Position numbers and translations under genes: made by a program. A stretch of 64,000 nt of DNA from NCBI GenBank assembly GCA_012295275.1, contig CM022670.1, positions 5,704,001 through 5,768,000 of the forward strand, written 5' to 3'. How positions within the stretch are numbered: the first letter of the stretch is position 1; each line of letters starts with the position of its first letter. Below the pieces are notes generated by a model that saw only the letters and a list, made by a program, of their open reading frames with translations, was not told where the DNA came from and ran no database searches. Below are positions 23,661 through 36,900 of the stretch, in pieces. This DNA is from Chrysomallon squamiferum (Eukaryota; Animalia; Mollusca).

Positions 23661-26600
23661 CTTTGGAAAATGTTGGAAATGTTTTTGCCACACTCGCCCC
23701 GACGGTGCGCACCTTTTGCACACGTCGAAATATTTTTCCCGACCATAGGGAATAGTGCCACACGGATTTTCAATTTCTGAAAATCGAATTTTTTCAAGTT
23801 TCGTTGAAAATGCTAGGGGTACCTTTTTCAAAGTGCAATAACTTTTTCTGAGCACGTGGGAAAAATCGGGCGCACATACCCAAAAGTGGGGCAAGGGTTA
23901 CCCGACACGGGTCAAAAGTGTCGCACGCCCCACCCAAGGGGAACAACTCGTTTCCGACACCTGCACAAAAAACGCACGTGTTTTTGAAAATTTGCTCGTT
24001 TTTTTTTTCAAACGCATTTTCAAAAGGTGCAGCACCTTTGCAAAATGTTGGAAACGTTTTTCCCACACTCGCCCCGACGGCGCGCACCTTTTGCACACGT
24101 CGAAATATTTTTCCCGACCACACGGAATAGTGCCAAACGGATTTTCAATTTTTGAAAATCGAATTTTTTCAAGTTTCGTTGAAAATGCTAGGGGTACCTT
24201 TTTCAAAGTGCAATAACTTTTTCTGAGCACGTGGGAAAAATCGGGCGCACATACCCAAAAGTGGGGCAAGGGTTGCCCGACACGGGTCAAAAGTGCCGCA
24301 CGCCCCACCCAAGGGGAACAACTCGTTTCCGACACGTGCACAAAAAACGCACATGTTTTTGAAAATTTGCTGTTTTTTTTTTCAAACGCATTTTCAAAAG
24401 GTGCAGCACCTTTGGAAAATGTTGGAAACGTTTTTGCCACACTCGCCCCGACGGCGCGCACCTTTTGCACACGTCGAAATATTTTTCCCGACCATAGGGA
24501 ATAGTGCCACACGGATTTTCAATTTTTGAAAATCGAATTTTTTCAAGTTTCGTTGAAAATGCTAGGGGTACCTTTTTCAAAGTGCAATAACTTTTTCTGA
24601 GCACGTGGGAAAAATCGGGCGCACATACCCAAAAGTGGGGCAAGGGTTGCCCGACACGGGTCAAAAGTGCCGCACGCCCCACCCAAGGGTAACAAATCGT
24701 TTCCGACACGTGCACAAAAAACGCACATGTTTTTGAAAATTTGCTCGTTTTTTTTTCAAACGCATTTTCAAAAGGTGCAGCACCTTTGGAAAATGTTGGA
24801 AACGTTTTTTGCCCACACTCGCCCCGACGGCGCGCACCTTTTGCACACGTCGAAATATTTTTCCCGACCACCCGGAATATTGCCACACGGATTTTCAATT
24901 TTTGAAAATCGAATTTTTTCAAGTTTCGTTGAAAATGCTAGGGGTACCTTTTTCAAAGTGCAATAACTTTTTCTGAGCACGTGGGAAAAATCGGGCGCAC
25001 ATACCCAAAAGTGGGGCAAGGGTTGCCCGACACGGGTCAAAAGTGTCGCACGCCCCACCCAAGGGGAACAACTCGTTTCCGACACCTGCACAAAAAACGC
25101 ACATGTTTTTGAAAATTTGCTCGTTTTTTTTTCAAACGCATTTTCAAAAGGTGCAGCACCTTTGGAAAATGTTGGAAACGTTTTCCCACACTCGCCCCGA
25201 CGGTGCGCACCTTTTGCACACGTCGAAATATTTTTCCCGACCATAGGGAATAGTGCCACACGGATTTTCAATTTTTGAAAATCGAATTTTTTCAAGTTTC
25301 GTTGAAAATGCTAGGGGTACCTTTTTCAAAGTGCAATAACTTTTTCTGAGCACGTGGGAAAAATCGGGCGCACATACCCAAAAGTGGGGCAAGGGTTGCC
25401 CGACACGGGTCAAAAGTGCCGCACGCCCCACCCAAGGGTAACAAATCGTTTCCGACACGTGCACAAAAAACGCACATGTTTTTGAAAATTTGCTCGTTTT
25501 TCTTTCAAACGCATTTTCAAAAGGTGCAGCACCTTTGGAAAATGTTGGAAACGTTTTTGCCACACTCGCCCCGACAGCGCGCATCTTTTGCACACGTCGA
25601 AATATTTTTCCCGACGACCCGGAATATTGCCACACGGATTTTCAATTTTTGAAAATCGACTTTTTTCAAGTTTCGTTCAAAATACTAGGGGTACCTTTTT
25701 CAAAGTGCAATAACTTTTTCCGAGCACGTGGGAAAAATCGGGCGCACATACCCAAAAGTGGGGCAAGGGTTGCCCGACACGGGTCAAAAGTGCCGCACGC
25801 CCCACCCAAGGGGAACAACTCGTTTCCGACACGTGCACAAAAAACGCACATGTTTTTGAAAATTTGCTGTTTTTTCTTTCAAACGCATTTTCAAAAGGTG
25901 CAGCACCTTTGGAAAATGTTGGAAACGATTTTGCCACACTCGCCCCGACGGCGCGCACCTTTTGCACACGTCGAAATATTTTTCCCGACCACCACGGAAT
26001 AGTGCCACACGGATTTTCAACTTTTGAAAATCGAATTTTTCAAGTTTCGTTGAAAATGCTAGGGGTACCTTTTTCAAAGTGCAATAACTTTTTCTGAGCA
26101 CGTGGGAAAAATCGGGCGCACATACCCAAAAGTGGGGCAAGGGTTGCCCGACACGGGTCAAAAGTGCCGCACGCCCCACCCAAGGGGAACAACTCGTTTC
26201 CGACACGTGCACAAAAAACGCACATGTTTTTGAAAATTTGCTGTTTTTTCTTTCAAACGCATTTTCAAAAGGTGCAGCACCTTTGGAAAATGTTGGAAAC
26301 GTTTTTGCCACACTCGCCCCGACGGTGCGCACCTTTTGCACACGTCGAAATATTTTTCCCGACCATAGGGAATAGTGCCACACGGATTTTCAATTTTTGA
26401 AAATCGAATTTTTTCAAGTTTCGTTGAAAATGCTAGGGGTACCTTTTTCAAAGTGCAATAACTTTTTCTGAGCACGTGGGAAAAATCGGGCGCACATACC
26501 CAAAAGTGGGGCAAGGGTTGCCCGACACGGGTCAAAAGTGCCGCACGCCCCACCCAAGGGGAACAACTCGTTTCCGACACGTGCACAAAAAACGCACATG

Positions 26601-26697
26601 TTTTTGAAAATTTGCTCATTTTTTTTCAAACACATTTTCAAAACGTGCAGCACCTTTGGAAAATGTTGGAAACGTTTTTGCCACACTCGCCCCGACG
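23661..26697. repeat. ~374-bp GC/CpG-rich satellite DNA array (about 8.1 copies visible, truncated by the gap)
   Basis: CTTTG(G/C)AAAATGTTGGAAA recurs at 23661, 24036, 24410, 24784, 25160, 25533, 25907, 26281 and 26654 (spacing 373-376 bp); the copies are highly similar. Confidence 0.97.
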
Positions 26698-27249
26698 AAT
26701 TTTCTGAATCTGGAAATCTACTATAAAGATTTGGGAGTTGAAGAAACTGTGAAAACAGCTGCTTACTCCGCAGAGGGTCTTGTATGTGTGTGTTCATAAT
26801 ACAGCTTTATTATAACTTTGAGTGTGTGTTTTTCAAATACATTTAATAAAACAGTTTTATTATAACTTTGATTTTGTATGAGTACACATACATTTAATAA
26901 TACAGCTTTATTATAACTGTGAATTTGTGTGAGTATACAAACATTTCCTAATACAGTTTTATTATAACTTAGGGTTTGTATGAGTACACAAACATTTAAT
27001 AATACAGCTTCATTATAACATAGAGTTTGTGTGGAGTACATATACATTTAATAACAGGTGGTAATGTTTGTGTGGTATTGTTTGTGTTTCTTGTGATATT
27101 GTTTGTGAGTTTCAGATGATACTGTTTGTATTGTTTGTGATTCAGGTGATACAGGTGGCAGTATTGGTCTGTATCTGGGTGGAAGTATTCTCACATTGGT
27201 GGAACTCTTTGACATTATTACTGTTCTCTGCAGAACAAACAACCCTTAG
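26698..27249 (+). pseudogene. DEG/ENaC (ASIC-like) paralog 1, 3' fragment only
   Basis: 26698-26785 encodes NFLNLEIYYKDLGVEETVKTAAYSAEGLV; 27146-27249 encodes [34 protein letters not shown]. The acceptor and first codon of the first exon are replaced by satellite, and no 5' exons are present in the window. Confidence 0.75.
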
Positions 27250-28069
27250 GTAAACAAGAGAAAAATGTATCGATATCTTACTTTTGTGGGTTATATATAC
27301 AACTATATATCTTCCTGGAAATGTTTATACAAATTTCAACGTGTCATTTATTCTTGAAAAAAAAACAACAACAGTGAGCCCAGAAAATTCTTTATACCTA
27401 TCACTGAATGATTTAGTGTGTTTGTCTTCTAAACATTTTACAAAACTATTTGATTCTTATAGATTCGTCTTCGCCTGAGAAGACGGTTAGAAGTTGAATC
27501 TGAAATCTTTTCTCTGAAGGTGGAATACAGAAATCACTCCAAGTGACTAACTAACAGATATAATGAACATTCACTTCACGTCTCATAGTTTTGTAATACG
27601 TTTTCATTGCAATAAATAGCGTCAAACCTGTTTGTTTTTATATTTTTATAACAACTGTCCATTTTTTTATATATTTATTTATTTATATATTTATTTGTTT
27701 GTTTGTTCATTTGTATATTCTTTTTATTTTATTAATCAACCCATTTAATTTGACTGCCCAATTTATCATTATTAAAATATTTCTAGAAATGAATGCTTTG
27801 AAACTTGAGACAGTATAATAAAACAAATATATTTAAGTTAATTTTCTAATGAATTTATAATGTTTTATAGAAGGAACTTCGTCTAGAATATTTTGATGTA
27901 AGTAGAGAGAAAAACGCGATCAAAAGAAAAGCCAGATAGAACATTTATTTCTAAAATACTAATTAAACATTCACCAAGTTTTGGAGATTTGAAGCCACGT
28001 GATAACAATGTCGTCTGTTTTTAATTCACTGCTCTTTCTGACTGTCACTTTTCTTTTCAGTGGAAGATA

Positions 28070-28300
28070 AATCTGTGAAATACGTTAATATAAGTATAAA
28101 ACTTAAACAAATCTGTGAAATATGTTAATGTAAGTATAAAACGTAAATAAATCTGTGAAATACGTTAAGTATAAAAAATAAATAAATCTGTGAAATACGT
28201 TAATTAAGTATAAAACGTAAACAAATCTGTGAAATACGTTAACTTAAGTATAAAACTTACACAAAATTATGAAATACGTTAATGTAAGTATAAAACTTAC
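28070..28300 (-). repeat. ~37-bp repeat built from the terminal-exon acceptor of paralog 2
   Basis: About 6 copies of AAATCTGTGAAATACGTTAAT...AAGTATAAAAC, which is TTTCACAG|ATTT on the minus strand. Confidence 0.85.
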
Positions 28301-29394
28301 ATAAAATAATACGACATCAATATCACCTGTAATAACAGCATAAAATATTTACATAACAGTTACTTACCAAAGAGACCCTGTGCTGAATAAACGGGAGATT
28401 TCTTTGATTCGTGAACAGTCAGGTGTTTGAAGTAGATTTCCACTTTCACAAGGTTTTCACTGAAAGTTTTATAACAGTCTATCAACATTATGGGAAAAAA
28501 TAAATGATTTTCGTCAGTATATGCTTTAAAAAGAAGTGTTTGAATTATTATTTATGTTGATAGACTTACAAAGAAGTTAATAAATATATAATCAAGCAAA
28601 CAAACAAACAAACAAACTCACGTGTAAAATGACGGGGTCAGTGTGTACTAAGGTTGTTTGCCTATCTCAGTTGTAACAGACATCCCTTCTGAGAAGTCAC
28701 CATACAGAGTGCTTACGTCTTCGCAGACAATTTGCACGGAGGTCGCCGTGTCAGACAGCATATCAACTCCAGCGTCAGCTATGTCAAAACTGCTTTCATC
28801 TGACTTCATCTTTTGTCTGACAGCAGTAGCGACACGAGTGAAGTTGTCGATGAGGTTGTTGTTGCTGTAAAAACATTTGTTGCACTGTTGCATGCTGTCC
28901 ACCACATACTCTGTTTCAAATTCGATCATTTAGTAAGCGAGAATGTCCCCAATGATGTACAACTCCAAGTCGTCTGCCAAATCTTCTCCAGTCCAGTCTA
29001 ACACTGAGATCTCCATTACGTCCAGGTTCAGCTCGATACAGTCTACAGTCTTAGACAGCCCCAGCACTGTTCTAGTGAACAGCGATGGAAGATAACTTAC
29101 AGACTTACAATGTGATGGTCACTTACAGGAATTTATCTGACCAGTCCGAGAAAATAATTCTGAAATTTGAAACATTAAAAATTAATTTGAAATAATAAAT
29201 ACCAAATTTTAAACTGTGATTCCTTTGTTAAAAATAGTAGATGTATGCAAACAAACAAAACTTAATTCTTGCATCATGTACACGGGTCAAAAAGGAATAT
29301 CTAACAATCCAGTAGATTACTGATCACTTTGCCCAGAACAAAAAGAGTCTATTATAGATATCAAATTGTGGGTAGTTTTAGACTTTAGTTTTAA

Positions 29395-29436
<42 letters not shown>

Positions 29437-29922
29437 TTAATTTGCTTAATCCCCGTTTTGTCTAGTATTTGGAAATAAACTCTGAACCCTTCTCGTGTTT
29501 TCTGTACTTTACCGCACAATACTGCACGGATAATTTATATAGATCAAACGTTTATTTGAGGTTATATTTGTCTTCTTGTTGGTTTGTTTTGTTGTTGATT
29601 AATGGATTGGTTAGTTTATTCGATTAGTTGTTTGGTAGTTCATTGCTTATTTTACTCACTACTGGAGTTAAACTAACACTTTTTTTTTTTTTATTGTCTA
29701 ATTACTTATTGTTTAATAATATTAAATTTACCTTCATTTGGTTTCACACACTGCAAATTTTTCAACAAAAAGCAAATCGGTGAGTCATTTCCTGAAAACA
29801 CAATTGAACTGCAGTATAAAATTACAGTAGGCCGCTTTGTTTACGAATATATGGTTCCGGTATGTCTTTGATCCAAATCCGCGCACAAGGACGGCCGACT
29901 AAACCTTTACGTCAAACAGCAA

Positions 29923-30135
29923 TATATTACATAGTAACTTGATATTTATTTATTTTATATTACATAGTAACTTGATATTTATTTATTTTATATTACATAG
30001 TAACTTGATATTTATTTATTTTATATTACATAGGAACTTGATATTTATTTATTTTATATTACATAGTAACTTGATATTTAGTAACTTGATATTTATTTAT
30101 TTTATATTACATAGTAACTTGATATTTATTCATTT
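29923..30135. repeat. 33-bp minisatellite
   Basis: About 6 copies of ATATTACATAGTAACTTGATATTTATTTATTTT. Confidence 0.9.
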
Positions 30136-31418
30136 ATTTATGGGGTTTTTTTGTTTTTGTTTTTCTTTCACTATTATTGTTTAATTAGTGTTGGATATAC
30201 GATGATATTTACCAGGCATGTAAATGCTGACACAGCCACATTTTCGCTCGATGAATGACGTCAGACAGTTGAGATGACATTTCTGGTAAGTGTAGGGCTC
30301 ATCTGAAGGGTAGTTCCAGTTCAGCGGTTCCGCAAGAACCGTAAGGGGGTGGAAGATCTGTTACCTAACATATGAAATAAATGAAAACTCTCTTCTAGTT
30401 CTAACAACAGAGACTGAAACAAATTACATAAAGCTATAAAAAAAATCTTTATTTAAAAACATTTTTTAATACTGATCGCTTTATGTTCACTTGATAAAAC
30501 AATTCAAAACTTACTTCATTCTGCTGAAGACCAGTAGAAACAGTCTGACCAATGGTCACTCCAATTCCATGTTCATTTGCTAGAGCCTCGGTCTCGTTGT
30601 AGTCAGTAATAACAATGAAGGCGCCAGCTCGAGCCTGCGGATCGGCATGTAATCAAACTGCTCAACAAACAGATTCAGCTTCAAACCTATTTCTCTGTCT
30701 GAAGTCAAAAACTCTGATCACTGATATCTAAAACAAACATAGTCAGCTTCAAACCCATTTCTCTGTCCGGAAACAAAAACTCTGATTTCATCTGTTTAAA
30801 TCAACTATCAGAGAAAATAAAACTTTTACATAAACGATACGAAATCGAGATAGAAAAGAGAGAGCAAAGATCAGAAAGCTAGAGAAATAAACACAGAGAG
30901 ATGTACGCAGAGAGAAAGAAAATACAGATATGTATGAGTCACTGTGTATGTGACTCTCTGTCTGTGTGCGTTTGTATAATTATATGTATGTGCGTGTTTC
31001 TCTATGTTTGTAGGTTCGTAGGCAAAGAGACAAAGATACTAAAGTCTTACTTGCTTTGTCAGCAATCATATGTTCTGTGTCAACACTGAACTGGTAACAA
31101 ATTCCCATGTTCATAAAAACCTCTGTGAAATTTTCTGGATCATATCGTTCACCTTTCCATTTATTTACTTATATATATATATTATTTTATAGATTTTTAT
31201 GACGTATAAATGCATACCTATGTATTAACATAGACTTTTGATGGGCAACTCCTCTGTAGAATTTTGTGATATTCATGTCAGAGAGCACCTCGTGGTATTT
31301 GTCTTACTGTCACGTTATCATTATCTCCCTACAGACTTTGTAAGTAACGGTCAACGCCTTCGTACAGTGTGGGTGATATCCGAGGTCTGTTCTGTTCATA
31401 GAAAACTTTACTAGAGCT

Positions 31419-31461
<43 letters not shown>

Positions 31462-31987
31462 AAGATAAAGTAGTGGAATTCTTAGTATTAGTAGTGACAT
31501 AAATAGTAGTAGCTACAATGTTTGTACCAATTTTCTAAAGAATATTTTTCTGAACATGTTCTGGTTATCTGTATCTTTGTTAACTGTTACTAATCATCAT
31601 TTAAAATCACATTTCAAAACACATTCTGACACAGTAAGATGTAAATATCAAAATCTTTCTCACCTGAACATGTTCTGGTTACATATTGTTATTTTTGGAA
31701 ATATCAGCTTGTCCTTGAACTTCATTTCTGTAGTAATGGCTGATAATACTTGACAGGAAGTAGACAACACGACCCTGAATATTCCACAACATCCACGACG
31801 TGGCCATCAGAATTGCAAGAATCCATACAAATCTGATATAATTTATATTCTTACTAATGTTAATAACTACTTTTTTCTATATATCCAACTTTCAAATTTT
31901 CCATCAGCAACTACTACTAGTGATACTTTAACTTCAACTTATCTTTCTTCCATTTCTACTACTAATATTTTTTTTTCTATTACCACT

Positions 31988-32135
<148 letters not shown>

Positions 32136-33903
32136 TTTGTAAGTCAAAACTTAAGTTAAACGAGAAAAACATTAATTTTAACTATTTTGTTGTAATAAAA
32201 AGAGTTACCTACCTTCGAAATTTGGAACCGTTGTCTCCGATTACGTATTTGAATCCTGAAATTCATATACTGTTTGCAGCAAACTCTATGTTTGTCATAT
32301 TAATCTTTAGATTTCCGAGCCTTTGTTAAATTCTTGCTATTAAAACTGCATATCTGTATGTATAACGTCTAAATCATCACTTACATATTGTAACATATAA
32401 AACTCAATCACAGAACTGTTTAACATAAACTATACAGACACCGCATTACATTCGTAGTTCAGAATACGTATGAACTATGACGTTAAAGCTAAAACACTGT
32501 AACGTAGTCTGTAATGTCTGTACGCAGTTTAGAAACGTATAATTTATGCACATATTCTAGGTTACCTAATTCCAGTCAGATATATACCAAACACGGTTAT
32601 GCTTGCATAGTGTGACATATACATTACAGACACATATCGCTAAACATTTAAATATTTATTTTGGATAATCAAAAAATGCAGTTCACATTTTTATTTGTTT
32701 TATAAAACTGAAGAGGATGAATATATAAAAAAAAAATCGTGTTAATTAATTTGATATTTACTTGTCTTTCTTAGATATAGTAAAGGAGGCAATAGCAAAT
32801 GAACAATATTGATATATCGTTCATGTTTTTCGTATAGATTTACTGACTGATCAATTGTTTTGAGAATACAGACTTCAATTACTAGCGCTGTATTGACCAG
32901 TTTACCGACTGATGTAAAGTAAGACAGCACAGAATTCATTATTTCCTGATTATTTGAAATTGGATCTATTTCATTTTTAATTCAGTACGTTTGTTCTGGA
33001 ACCGGATAATTTACCTTAAAGTTATCATCTTTACTTCCTTTCTTAAATGTCTTATCATTTCCAATTATCTCTCCGTTTCAGTATATATATGTTGCGTTAT
33101 AAATGTTTGTCTATGTCTACCTGACTGCCTGTCCGTCTGTTCCTGTGTCTCTCTGTAGTTCTGTCTAATATTTTTGGTGGTGGTGGTGATGTTGGTACTG
33201 TTTTTGTGCTATTTGTAATAATATGACCACGTAAGCTGTTCTTATTGCTTTTTAATAATTTTTACAGTATGGGGTCTGTAGAGAAGTTTTTTTGTTTTTG
33301 TTTTTTTCTGTCAGGACATCTGACTTTTCACCATGGACTGTGACGATTGGTCAGTGCCCAGCCAAGCTATTTTTAATGCATGTGGTGAAATGGCAATATG
33401 GTTACTTGCATGATGCGACTTGCACAGGCCATGTTGTATACTTTCTCTTAATAATATAACAATTAACTTCACCATCAGAAAGAAGTTAGAATTGGAAATA
33501 AGGCCTGGCCCCTAGGTAAAAGGTAGGATATATTAGAGGTAAACATATACTTGTGTATTTTATAGTTTATGATGTCTGTAGATATTTTAAATTAATGTTT
33601 TATTTGTTACAGACTTGTGACGTTCCTATGCCACCCAGGAGCCCGCAGCTTAAGGTACCCGACTACAAATGTAATTAAGTAAAGTGAGGTGAGTATAAAA
33701 TTTTACTGAATAAAACTAAAAGTATTACAAACACCTCTTTTACAAAATGAGTTATAACATTAACAGCGTTACAAATATTTTTAATACAACAGCGTTATAT
33801 TTTACAAGTCATTAAAAATGAGTGAAACGAACTGTCTGTTATCAAAAAGAACACGATGAATTACAGACGTTTGTCGTTTGTTTCAAACCGAAAATCTTTA
33901 AAT

Positions 33904-36900
33904 TTACTGCATCATATCTTCAGTCTTCTTTTCTGACTCTGTAACAAAAATACCATGTTACTTCTATTACATTATTTTTTTTTTCCTTGAAAAATTAATC
34001 ACACCGAAATGGTCCAGGAATAGGTCCATGTTCGTAAATAAGTGATAAACTAACTAAAATAACGGTTATAAAAAGAAAATAATAGTAAACAAGGGAAAAA
34101 GAAGAAAAAAGACGTCTATCAAAAGACCAATTAAAAAAAATCAAACCTAACAGCAAGCAGAAAACAAATTCAGCAACTTGTCTTAAACAAATGAATAAAC
34201 TAAAATCACGTGCTCCTGCAAGATTAATAAAAATTCATAATCCTGCTGCAAGCAGGCAACAAGTTCAGTAATAAATGTTTACTACAGTAAGATAAAATAT
34301 TTTCATACAAATGTTCAACTCCATATAATAAAAACCAAACAAAAATACATATATTTAAGACTACAGATCTGCATTGTTGGCAACAGTCAGGTCAAAAACC
34401 CTATCCAGACTGTGATCTGACTCGTTCAGCATAAAAACATTTAGTTGTCAGAACAGTTTGACCTAAAGCGTCTGCTTTCAATCAGCTGGTTTTCATTACT
34501 GCATGTAATCTAATACCTGAGTATTTAATATATGTTAATGTTAATGACATTGTGTTTTTGTTATTATTGTATTAGAATTCATAACATACTGGGTCGTTCC
34601 ATTACAAATCAGTTAAAAAAAAATAATAATAAAAAAAAAAAACCAAACGAATCCTTATCAAATTAGCTTTCCAGTGACACCAATTTCATCACAGTTGATT
34701 CACTGGTTACCAAGATATCAGAACCTAAACAAGGGCGGTCACGCCCATAAATCCAAACTTTTAAAATTTGGGCTAGTTCTGTCAATTCCAAACTACATAC
34801 CAAATTTCAGCAAACTCGAAGAATGACACTACTAGAGTACTAACATTTAGTTCAGTGTTTTAATAAAAGTCTGCTTCAACATTTACCAGTTATATGTGTT
34901 TATCGTATTAGATGGATTCTAATACACGCAGAAAGAGAAAACTAGAGACAGAGAAATATGAATAGATATTCAAATAAAGAGATTCAACTAACCTGGACTT
35001 TTTTTCCTACTACGAAACAAAATGGCTAAAATATCAAATATTTCCACTAGTGTCAGAATACTTCCACCCAGACACAAACCAATACTGCCACCTATATCAC
35101 CTGTAAAAATAAATATCATCACCTGTATTACAAGTAATATAACAATACTTCCACCTATATCATTGTAAATATAAATAGCATCACCTGTATTACATGTAAT
35201 ATAACAATATTGCCACCTATATCACCTGTAAATATAAATATCATCACCTGTATTAGAAGTAAAAATAATAATACTCTCTCTCTCTCTGTCTGTCTTTGAC
35301 ATACACATACACACACATATATACACGACTTGTTTATTTGTTATTCGCAATATATTAGTTTTTATATACATTATAATTATGTAATAATCGATATATGTTC
35401 TTTTATCTTTAAATATTTTTTTTACTACTTACACACAAGACCCTCAGGTGAGTACGCCGGAGATTTCTTAGATTCCAGTACACCCAGATTTTTAAAGTAG
35501 ATTTCCAGTTTGAGAAGATTTTCACTGAAATATTTATCACGATCTAACTACATACATATATAGATAAAAGCACACGAAAACGTGCAAGTATGTTTGTATG
35601 TAATTATGTATATATGTATGAATGTATGTATCTTTGATGTATGTATGTGCGTGTGTATGTACATATGTAGGTAGGCAGGTATGTATGTATGTGTGTGTGT
35701 GTTATTTTACCTGTAAAATGTAGGAGTAGCTTCAGCATATTTATGTTTTCCTACTGCATGTACAAGTGCCATCTCCTTTTTGTATAGGTAATGCACCTTT
35801 ATCGCCTTTTCTCTGACAGTTTTGCTAAATGTGTCCATGTCATACATCAGATACTGTAAGTCAGTGGTTAATGTCGACTCGTTCACTGTCATCTCGAATA
35901 CAGTTTCCACAGAAATGTTTTGATATTCTAATAGCTCAAAAGCTGTTTTTGTAAAATTTAAGATGATGTTATGGTTAATATGGTAAGTATAAGTAGCAGC
36001 CTCGATGTTATTGGACTTAGATACCACCCATCTATCACTATTCTGATTTGACAAAACTGAGGCAGCCAGGTTGTGATCGATGTTCTGTAAGAAATCTTTA
36101 ATTAACCAGAAAGGGTCTTGAGAAAGTGTTCTATGATAATAACGAAAAATCTGTTCAATTCTGTATAGACTGTGTGCAGCATTTGCCATTTCTTCATGAG
36201 ATATAGCGACAGCTGTCAAGTTGTTACCTGAAACAAAAGTCTTAAGTATTTTCACTTTCTCAATGAAGTCGATTGTCGACGAATACAGACCGGTCCATCG
36301 TTTCTTCATTTCGTTCATCATTATTCCCAATTCTGCCAGATCGTCTGTGATGCTAGTGTTCATCCTGTTAAGTAAACCCCAGGCTTGAATCGCCACTGCT
36401 CTGTTTACAGTAGCCAGAGACACGGAGTGGTCATCTAAAGACAGGCTCTGTTTGAACGAGTCAGAGAACTGAACGAGGGACACGGAATACACGTAGTTAG
36501 TAGACTGACAGGGGGAGGGGCAGTTACATGTGTTGATTTGGTTTCTTCTGTAGAACAATTCTGAAAATATTTCATACTTGCTATTAACTGGAATTATTTA
36601 TGATTTAATATATATTTATTACTCATTGTAAACATTTCCTTACACCCGAAAATATTTCATACTTACTAGTACTGGAATTATTTATATCTCAATATTAATT
36701 CTGGAAATATTTGAAACACACATTTTCTAGAATAAATGTAAATAATAATATATGATTAAATAATATTTATATTTGTTATGTTCAATACAGTATCTAAAAA
36801 CACTTATATCAGATTAATTCTGAAAAAGGTAAAATGAGTATCTCTCTCTTTCAGGTGTAATCCTATTTGACCTTTCTTTTCTTTTTTCTCTCTCTCTGAA

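Noticed and set aside
23661-26697. CENP-B box in the satellite (TTTCGTTGAAAA and GTTGGAAACG)
   Set aside because: The two partial matches are in separate places and the required CGGG half of the box is absent; chance similarity is likely.
23387-26797. Dense overlapping ORFs (up to 211 aa) on both strands
   Set aside because: They are translations of the 374-bp satellite or run through Ns; frames shift between copies at homopolymer indels and no protein motif is recognisable.
33330-33670. SINE-like fragments (GCCACCCAG...GGTACCCGAC)
   Set aside because: Too short and degenerate; no A/B boxes or target-site duplication identified.
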